Positions 55,711 to 61,731 of a DNA stretch of 61,731 nucleotides are shown here, one piece after another. The notes below the pieces were generated by a model. That model was not told the origin of the DNA, did not search any database, and saw nothing but the letters and a program-made list of their open reading frames with translations. Numbering within the stretch: the stretch's first letter is position 1; each line of letters opens with the position of its first letter. The DNA is from Burkholderiales bacterium (GTDB lineage Bacteria; Pseudomonadota; Gammaproteobacteria; Burkholderiales; SG8-41). Made by a program: the position numbers and the translations under genes. Location: contig DATICE010000090.1 of assembly GCA_035456985.1 (NCBI GenBank), positions 1 through 61,731 of the forward strand, read 5' to 3'.

Positions 55711-57432
55711 ATGGCTTCGAGCCGCATGAGCGTCATGGGCACCCGGCACCTCATCTCCGCCGGGCACTACCTCGCCGCGCACGCCGGGTTCCAGATTCTC
55801 GAGGCGGGCGGCAATGCGGTCGACGCCGGAGTCGCGGCCGGTATCGCGATCGGCGTGCTGCAGACCGACAAGGTCAACTTCGGCGGCGTCGCGCCGCAGA
55901 TCATCTACACCGCGAAGACCCGGCAGGTGCACTGCATCGATGGCCTCGGCGTCTGGCCGAAGGCGATCACGCCCGATTATTTCGTCAGAAAGCACGGCGG
56001 CAAGATACCGAAGGGCGTGGAGCGGTGCGTGGTGCCTGCTGCGCCGGACGCGTGGCTCACGGCGCTCGAGCACTTCGGAACCATGAGCTTCGGCGACGTC
56101 GCATCCCACGCGATCCGGTTCGCGCGCGACGGCTTCCCGATGCACCCGATGATGTCGGACTTCATCAAGCAGAACCAGGAAACCTACCGGGGCTGGCCGG
56201 CGAGCCGCAAGGTGTTCCTGCCGAAGGGCCGCCCGCCGGAAGTCGGGGAGGTATTCGTGCAGCCCGACCTCGGCCGCACGATGCAGTACATGGCGGACGA
56301 GGAGAAGAAGGCCGCGCGCCGCCGGGGACGGAAGGCCGGGCTCGGGGCCGCGCGCGACGCCTTCTACAAGGGCGACATCGCGCGCGTGGTGACGAAGTTC
56401 ATCGAGAGAGAGGGCGGGCCGATGCGCTACGAGGACTTCGCCGGCTTCCGCGTGAAATTCGAGCCCACGGTGCGGCTGCGCTTCGACGGCATCGAACTGC
56501 ATGCCTGCGGACCATGGTCGCAGGGCCCGGTGCTGCCGATGGCGCTGAACATCCTCAAGGGCTTCGATCTCAAGGCGATGGGACACAACTCGCCGGAGTA
56601 CATCCACGTCGTGACCGAGGCACTGAAGCTCGCCTACGCCGACCGCCACCATCACTTCGGCGATCCGCGCTTCGTCAGGGTTCCGATCAAGGGGTTGATG
56701 TCGGAGCGCTACGCGGAGCACCGGCGGTCCATGGTGAGCCTGGAGAAGGCGTGGCCGGAGATGCCGCCGGCGGGCGATCCGGACACGCTGGAGCCGTTGA
56801 GCCACCGCTGCGTGCCGGCGCCGGAGCCAGACGACGCCCCGGGTCCGGGAGATACTTCATATCTGTGCGTGATCGACCGCCACGGCAACGCTTTCTCGTG
56901 CACGCCGAGCGACGGCTCGGACAAGACGCCCATCATCCCGGGCGTGGGGATCCTGTGCTCCGGCCGCGGCACGCAGTCCTGGTCGAATCCTACGCATGCG
57001 AGTTCGGTCGCGCCCGGCAAGCGGCCGCGGTTGACGCCCAATCCCGCGCTGGCATTCAAAAACGGGCGCGCATACATGCCGTTCGGCACACCGGGCGGCG
57101 ACGTGCAATGCCAGGCAATGCTGCAGGTCTTTCTCAACGTCAACGTGTTCGGCATGGCGCCCCAGGCCGCGGTCGAGGCGCCGCGTTTCGCCGGCTACAG
57201 TTTTCCCGGCTCGTTCGAGCCCCATCCGTACTATCCGGGACGGCTCCATCTCGAGTCGAGCCTCGCGCAGGAGGCGGGGAACGATCTAAGGGAACTCGGG
57301 CACAAGGTCTACGAGTGGGACGACATGACGTGGCTTGCCGGGGCGGTGTGCACCATCGTCGCCGACCATGAGAACGGGGTGCTGCACGGCGGCGCCGATC
57401 CGCGTCGGCCCGCCTACGTACTCGGGTGGTAG
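55711..57432 (+). CDS. Gamma-glutamyltransferase family protein (second, divergent paralog, no signal peptide)
   Basis: Trimmed to MASSRMSVMGTRHLISAGHY... (573 aa). The Thr context is GPGDTSYLCVIDRHGN, and GTPGGDVQCQ is present. Confidence 0.88.
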   Translation: MASSRMSVMGTRHLISAGHYLAAHAGFQILEAGGNAVDAGVAAGIAIGVLQTDKVNFGGVAPQIIYTAKTRQVHCIDGLGVWPKAITPDYFVRKHGGKIPKGVERCVVPAAPDAWLTALEHFGTMSFGDVASHAIRFARDGFPMHPMMSDFIKQNQETYRGWPASRKVFLPKGRPPEVGEVFVQPDLGRTMQYMADEEKKAARRRGRKAGLGAARDAFYKGDIARVVTKFIEREGGPMRYEDFAGFRVKFEPTVRLRFDGIELHACGPWSQGPVLPMALNILKGFDLKAMGHNSPEYIHVVTEALKLAYADRHHHFGDPRFVRVPIKGLMSERYAEHRRSMVSLEKAWPEMPPAGDPDTLEPLSHRCVPAPEPDDAPGPGDTSYLCVIDRHGNAFSCTPSDGSDKTPIIPGVGILCSGRGTQSWSNPTHASSVAPGKRPRLTPNPALAFKNGRAYMPFGTPGGDVQCQAMLQVFLNVNVFGMAPQAAVEAPRFAGYSFPGSFEPHPYYPGRLHLESSLAQEAGNDLRELGHKVYEWDDMTWLAGAVCTIVADHENGVLHGGADPRRPAYVLGW

Positions 57433-58211
57433 GACTGCTGTCAAGGGGTCGTAGGCAGGCAGACGGCGTGTCCACCCCGGCTGCCGAGCGTGCCGTCATT
57501 TTTCTGATCTTCGGGGCGGGTCTTTGGCTCGGGCCGGAGGGGTTCGCGGCCAGCATCGCGGTTGACGTCGGCCACTATCTCTCCGAGCCGGGCGTTATCA
57601 GCGCGCGCGGCGTCCCCGAGTTCGATTACAACCTGCGGCTCGCGCGGGAGATTTCGGATACGTTGCGTCGGGCCGGGCACAGGACGCTGCTGATCGGCGA
57701 CGACGGCCTTGCGGAGAACCTCGGCAGCCGCGCTCCGCGCGCCGCGGGGATGGACCTCTTCGTCTCGATCCATCACGACTCGGTGCAACCGCGCTTCCTA
57801 TCGAGCTGGGAGAGCGGCGGCGAAGCGTTTCTCTACAGCGACCGGTTTTCGGGCTTTTCGCTGTTCGTGTCGCGCCTGAATTCTCACACGGAAGCGAGCC
57901 TGAAATGCGCGTCGGCGATCGGCGCCGCGCTGAGGAGCGCCGGATTCGTCCCCTCGCGCTATCATGCCGACCCGATCGTGGGCGAGAGCCGGCCGTTTGC
58001 CGACGAGGCGAACGGCGTGCATTATTTCGACAACCTGGCGGTGCTGAAGACGGCGAGCATCCCGGCGCTGCTCTTCGAGGCGGGTGTCATCGTCAACCGC
58101 GACGAGGAGCTGCGCATGCGCGACTCCGATGTTCGCCGAAGCATCTCCGGCGCGGTCTTGTCGGCGGTGAGCGGCTGCCTGGACCAATCAGATTCGAAGG
58201 CGGGGAAATGA
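57426..58211 (+). CDS. N-acetylmuramoyl-L-alanine amidase (Amidase_3 family)
   Basis: Zinc-ligand contexts VDVGHY, SIHHDS and LFEAGVIVN are present, with an N-terminal hydrophobic segment. The start is uncertain: GTG 57426 overlaps the upstream gene, and GTG 57468 is an alternative. Confidence 0.82.
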   Translation: MVGLLSRGRRQADGVSTPAAERAVIFLIFGAGLWLGPEGFAASIAVDVGHYLSEPGVISARGVPEFDYNLRLAREISDTLRRAGHRTLLIGDDGLAENLGSRAPRAAGMDLFVSIHHDSVQPRFLSSWESGGEAFLYSDRFSGFSLFVSRLNSHTEASLKCASAIGAALRSAGFVPSRYHADPIVGESRPFADEANGVHYFDNLAVLKTASIPALLFEAGVIVNRDEELRMRDSDVRRSISGAVLSAVSGCLDQSDSKAGK

Positions 58212-58271
58212 AGACAACCAGCGGGTCCGCGCCGATCCCGCCTGCCGTCGCGACGTTCCGCCGGTAGCACG

Positions 58272-59123
58272 ATGCGGCGCATGCTCGGGGAACTGCTGAT
58301 ACCGCTCGGCATCGCCTACGGGGCGGTGCTGGTGCTCGTGTTCCTGTTCCAGTCCCACCTGGTGTTCTTCCCTGGCACGGGGCGCGAGGCCGTGCTCACC
58401 CCCCAGTCCTACGGATTGCGGTTCGACTCGGTGCAGATTCGAACCGCCGACGACGAGACTCTGGACGCGTGGTGGGTGCCCGCCGAGGGCGCGCGCGGGG
58501 TCGTGCTGTTCTTCCACGGCAATGCCGGCAACATCTCGCATCGCCTTGATTACCTCCAGATGTTCCACCGCCTGCGCTACACGACGCTCATCGTCGATTA
58601 CCGCGGCTATGGCAAGAGCACCGGCACGCCGTCCGAGGCGGGAACCTATCGCGACGCGGAGGCGGCGTGGGAATATCTGCGCCATGCGCGGATGGCGCGT
58701 CCGCAGGACATCGTGATCGCGGGTGAGTCGCTGGGCGCGGCGGTCGCGACCTGGCTCGCGGCGGAGGTATCCCTCGCGGAGGGGAAAGGCCCGGGTGCCG
58801 TCCTGCTGTTCTCGACGTTCACGTCGGTCAACGATCTCGGTGCGCAGGTCTACTGGTTCCTGCCGGTGCGGCTGCTCTCCCGGATCGGCTACGACAACCA
58901 GGCGAACCTGAAGCGGATCCGCGCGCCGGTATTCATCGCGCACAGTCGCGACGACGACATCGTGCCCTACGCGCACGGCAAGCGGCTCTACGAGACGGCG
59001 AATGAGCCCAAAACATTCCTGGAGATGCGTGGCGGGCACAACGACGGATTCGTCTTTGTGCGGCCGGAGTGGGTTGCCGAATTAGGCGCGTTCCTCGACC
59101 GCCTCAATCCAGGAAAACCGTGA
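58272..59123 (+). CDS. Alpha/beta hydrolase with an N-terminal TM anchor
   Basis: The nucleophile elbow is AGESLGAAVA. HGNAGN, a later DDDIV Asp context and GGHND are present. 283 aa. Confidence 0.88.
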   Translation: MRRMLGELLIPLGIAYGAVLVLVFLFQSHLVFFPGTGREAVLTPQSYGLRFDSVQIRTADDETLDAWWVPAEGARGVVLFFHGNAGNISHRLDYLQMFHRLRYTTLIVDYRGYGKSTGTPSEAGTYRDAEAAWEYLRHARMARPQDIVIAGESLGAAVATWLAAEVSLAEGKGPGAVLLFSTFTSVNDLGAQVYWFLPVRLLSRIGYDNQANLKRIRAPVFIAHSRDDDIVPYAHGKRLYETANEPKTFLEMRGGHNDGFVFVRPEWVAELGAFLDRLNPGKP

Positions 59124-59175
59124 TACGTGACGTGATAAGGCGCGACGTGACAATGCGTGACGAGGTAAGGCGCGC
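59116..59175. repeat. 15-nt periodic GTGA-rich repeat, about 4 units, 3' of the hydrolase gene
   Basis: The sequence reads aaccgtgatacgtga cgtgataaggcgcga cgtgacaatgcgtga cgaggtaaggcgcgc. A 14-nt exact match to the 38030 locus (ttcaccatgtcacg) lies at 59204-59217. Confidence 0.75.
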
Positions 59176-59223
59176 CTATTCAACAACCAAACACCGGACA
59201 CGCTTCACCATGTCACGCGCCAT

Positions 59224-60015
59224 CTAGAGACCAAGAATGGCCTGAACGCTGTCCACCAGCGACTCGGGCTTGAAGGGCTTGGTCATGTAGCCGCTCGCCC
59301 CGTAGGCGAGCGCTGCCACCACGTCGTCGTGCTCGGTTTTCGCGGTCATGACGATGATCGGAACCGACTTGTAGACGGGATGCTCGCGCAGGCGGCCGAG
59401 CAGCTCCAGACCGATGGTATCGGGCAGCACCATGTCCATGGCGATCACGTCCGCGGGCGGCTGCTTGTTCAGCTGCTCGACGATCTCATCCTGCATCGCA
59501 GCGGCGCGGATCTCGAATTTCGCGAGCAGGAGCGCGCGTGTCACGACGAGCGTGTTGCCCTGATCGGAGTCGATGACCAGCACGGTGTACTTGTCGCCGC
59601 CGGCGCGCGAAGGGACGCGCTTGGCAGCCCGGTTGATGATGTGAACGTAATAGCCGGCCTTTTTCGAGGCCTTGAGCCCCGACAGCGTTGTCTCCGCCTG
59701 CTTGATCTGCTCGATCGTCGGTACCTTCACCGGCCGGTTGATGAAGTTCGCGAAATCGAGCGGAGCGTCCGGTTTCGCCGCCGCCGCCGGGGGGGCACTG
59801 CCGGCGAGCTCGATGTAGCCGTCAACGAATAGCCGGTCGAGCGCCGCGTCGAGCTTGTCCGGCGCCGCTTGCGGGAGCTTGGCCCGCAACTGCTCGACCG
59901 TCGAGTTGTCGATCAGCCCGAGCAGCGTCTTCATGCCAGGTGGAAGTTTGCCCGGCGTTTCTGCCGCTTCGGCCTTGCCCTTGGCAGTCTTTACGTAGGC
60001 GATCCCGTTTGCCAT
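59224..60015 (-). CDS. Response regulator: unrecognised N-terminal domain (about 140 aa) plus C-terminal receiver
   Basis: Receiver motifs VLVIDSD, DVIAMDMVLPD, IIVMTAK and YMTKPF lie at the C-terminus. I recognised no DNA-binding or enzymatic output domain. Confidence 0.85.
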   Translation of the reverse strand: MANGIAYVKTAKGKAEAAETPGKLPPGMKTLLGLIDNSTVEQLRAKLPQAAPDKLDAALDRLFVDGYIELAGSAPPAAAAKPDAPLDFANFINRPVKVPTIEQIKQAETTLSGLKASKKAGYYVHIINRAAKRVPSRAGGDKYTVLVIDSDQGNTLVVTRALLLAKFEIRAAAMQDEIVEQLNKQPPADVIAMDMVLPDTIGLELLGRLREHPVYKSVPIIVMTAKTEHDDVVAALAYGASGYMTKPFKPESLVDSVQAILGL

Positions 60016-60030
60016 TGTTGACCTATTTTC

Positions 60031-61137
60031 TCATGCATCGAGCAATCTCGCGACGTGGTCCGCGATAGCAAGCGACGAGGTCAGTCCCGGAGACTCGATG
60101 CCGAAGAGGTTGACGAGCCCGGCCACGCCGTGGTCGCGCGGCCCCAGTATCGCGAAATCCTGCGCGGGCTCGCCGGGCCCCGCGGTCTTCGGCCGGATGC
60201 CGGTGTAACCGGGGTGCAGCGTCCCGTCCTTGAGCCCGGGGTAGTAGCGGCGGATCGCGGCATAGAACTCCGCTTCCCGGCTGGCGTCGAAGCGGTAGTC
60301 GACGCTGTCGATCCAGGCGAAGTCGGGCCCGAACTTGACCCGACCACCGAGATCGATGGTGACGTGGACGCCGAGCCAGTCCTGACGCGCGACCGGATAG
60401 ATCAACCGGCGGAACGGCGCCGCGCCGGAGAGCGTGTAGTAGTGGCCGATCGCGTAGAAGGATTGAGGAATCGTTTCCGGCGGGACGCCCGCGATCGAGC
60501 GAGCGACCGCCTGCGCGCCGAGCCCCGCGCTGTTTACCACTGCACCGCATTCGATCGTTGTGGATTCCGCGCCGCCGACCTCGAGTACGATGCCGCCCCG
60601 TTCCACGCGCCCAGACACGACGGGACTCCCGAGCGCGAGCGCTGCGCCGCCGCGCTCGGCGTCGCCGAGGTAAGCGAGCATGAGCCCGTGGCTGTCGACG
60701 ATGCCGGTGGACGGCGAGAGGAATCCCGCGACGCAGCGCACCTCGGGCTCGAGGGCGGCGAGCTCGTCGCGGGCGAGCGGCCGCAGGTCCTCGACACCGT
60801 TCGATGCGGCCTGATCCAGGTACTTCCGCAGCCCGGGAAGCTCGCTCTCGTCGCACGCGACGATGATCTTGCCGATGCGCTTGTGGTGCACCGCCCGCTC
60901 GGCGCAATAGCGGTAGAGCGCTTTGCGCCCCGCGACGCACAGCCGCGCCTTGAGCGATCCCGTGGGGTAATAAATCCCGGCGTGAACGACTTCGGAATTG
61001 CGCGCGCTGGTATGGGTGCCGAAAGCGTTTTCCGCCTCCAGCACCACCACCTCGCGTCCGCTCATGGCCAGCCGGCGCGCGACGGCGAGGCCGACGACGC
61101 CCGCGCCGATTACCGCGCATTCGACCCGCTCTGCCAT
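60031..61137 (-). CDS. FAD-dependent oxidoreductase (L-2-hydroxyglutarate oxidase/DAO-like)
   Basis: The N-terminal dinucleotide fold is [18 protein letters not shown]...VVVLE. 368 aa. Confidence 0.88.
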   Translation of the reverse strand: MAERVECAVIGAGVVGLAVARRLAMSGREVVVLEAENAFGTHTSARNSEVVHAGIYYPTGSLKARLCVAGRKALYRYCAERAVHHKRIGKIIVACDESELPGLRKYLDQAASNGVEDLRPLARDELAALEPEVRCVAGFLSPSTGIVDSHGLMLAYLGDAERGGAALALGSPVVSGRVERGGIVLEVGGAESTTIECGAVVNSAGLGAQAVARSIAGVPPETIPQSFYAIGHYYTLSGAAPFRRLIYPVARQDWLGVHVTIDLGGRVKFGPDFAWIDSVDYRFDASREAEFYAAIRRYYPGLKDGTLHPGYTGIRPKTAGPGEPAQDFAILGPRDHGVAGLVNLFGIESPGLTSSLAIADHVARLLDA

Positions 61138-61174
61138 GGATCACCGGTCAGGAACGAAAGCGCGTCAGTTTACA

Positions 61175-61731
61175 ATGGACATGATCATGGAGTGGGACCC
61201 TGGCTTCCTCGCGCGCTCGCCGATGTTCGAGCCGTTGCGCGCGCTCGGGGCCGCGCTGGCGGGTCCCGATTGGCCCACCCGTCAGGCGCTCCAGGACCTG
61301 CTCGCGCGCCGGGAAGAACCGGTGATGACCCGCAGCGGCCTGCCGGTGCACCTCGTGCCGGCGGGCGGCCGGAAGAGGTCCTTCGAGGAGCGCTACGAGG
61401 CGCGGATCCATCTCAGGGGCGAGATGGTGTTTCGGGACCGCAACTGGCACGATCTGCTGAACGTGCTGGTGTGGCTGACGTTCCCGCGCGCCAAAGCCGC
61501 GCTCAACGCGCGCCATTTCGAGGCGCTCGTGGCCCAGCACGCCGCCGGCGCGGCGAATCGCGGTCCCGCGCAGGACGCGCTGACGCTGTTCGACGAGGGC
61601 GGTGTCATCGTGGCGTCGCGCGACAAGAAGCTGCTCGGGTTGCTCGCGGAATGGCGCTGGAAGGAGCTGTTCTGGAGCAACCGCGCACAGTTGCCGGCGC
61701 GGATGCGCTTTTTTCTCTTCGGCCACGCGCT
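61175..61731 (+). CDS. DUF3025-like protein, 5' partial (runs off the right edge)
   Basis: ATG 61175 (or 61181/61187) opens a frame that stays open to the window end: MDMIMEWDPGFLARSPMFEPL...RNWHDLLNVLVWLTFPRAKAALNARH.... It has strong GC3 bias. It is absent from the track because there is no stop. I preferred it over the Arg-rich antisense ORF 61148-61726. Confidence 0.7.
   Translation, partial: MDMIMEWDPGFLARSPMFEPLRALGAALAGPDWPTRQALQDLLARREEPVMTRSGLPVHLVPAGGRKRSFEERYEARIHLRGEMVFRDRNWHDLLNVLVWLTFPRAKAALNARHFEALVAQHAAGAANRGPAQDALTLFDEGGVIVASRDKKLLGLLAEWRWKELFWSNRAQLPARMRFFLFGHA

Noticed and set aside
61148-61726. 192-aa reverse-strand ORF at the right edge.
   Set aside because: It is an Arg/His/Glu-rich shadow ORF. 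The plus strand carries an open frame with strong GC3 bias and a DUF3025-like sequence, which the track missed only because it has no stop in the window.
1-61731. Window-wide scan for CRISPR arrays, rRNA and tRNA genes, IS elements, prophage modules, and toxin-antitoxin or restriction-type defence genes.
   Set aside because: There are no spaced direct repeats of 24-40 nt, no tRNA T-arm/acceptor signatures and no recombinase, transposase or phage structural genes. The only nuclease-fold gene is a housekeeping-type YajD-like HNH protein.

Overview
This is a high-GC (about two-thirds G+C by eye), gene-dense 61.7-kb chromosomal segment with about 60 protein-coding genes. I recognised no rRNA, tRNA, CRISPR array, transposase or integrase. 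The gene content (three Bug/TctC-type binding proteins, tctBA, a TAXI-TRAP system, DUF3025, DUF924, DUF599) suggests a Burkholderiales-like betaproteobacterium or a similar soil proteobacterium; that is inference only. Most genes encode transporters and redox or hydrolytic enzymes: a two-subunit molybdopterin hydroxylase, aldo/keto reductases, a TTT system, TRAP, ABC and APC transporters, a P-type ATPase, two gamma-glutamyltransferases, an amidase and an OsmC protein. Many long ORFs in the supplied track are antisense shadow ORFs or 5' over-extensions typical of high-GC DNA, so I trimmed starts where a Shine-Dalgarno (SD) site, a signal peptide or a stop/start overlap supported it. Main findings: (1) At 21230-30530 there is a tandem array of seven diverged paralogs, plus one decayed C-terminal relic. 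Each paralog has a signal-peptide-like N-terminus, a class I SAM-methyltransferase fold and a conserved C-terminal domain of about 100 aa that I cannot place. The array is interrupted by an AT-richer island and by a membrane-fused spermidine-synthase-like gene, and its last member is translationally coupled to an APC permease. (2) The two track ORFs at 12698-12976 and 13010-13219 are one selenoprotein. It has an in-frame UGA in a U-G-S-C-T-S-C motif and a SECIS-like hairpin, sits behind a thioredoxin-like gene and an unknown 360-aa gene, and is bracketed by two Tat-signal aldo/keto reductase paralogs. (3) Several short tandem repeats lie at gene boundaries: (GAAGGAT)x6 inside an ABC operon, TGAC heptads, 15-nt GTGAC minisatellites at two loci, and 12-nt repeats in the AT-rich island. 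(4) A P-type ATPase reads in frame into a universal stress protein domain. All family assignments come from motif recognition by eye, not from database searches.
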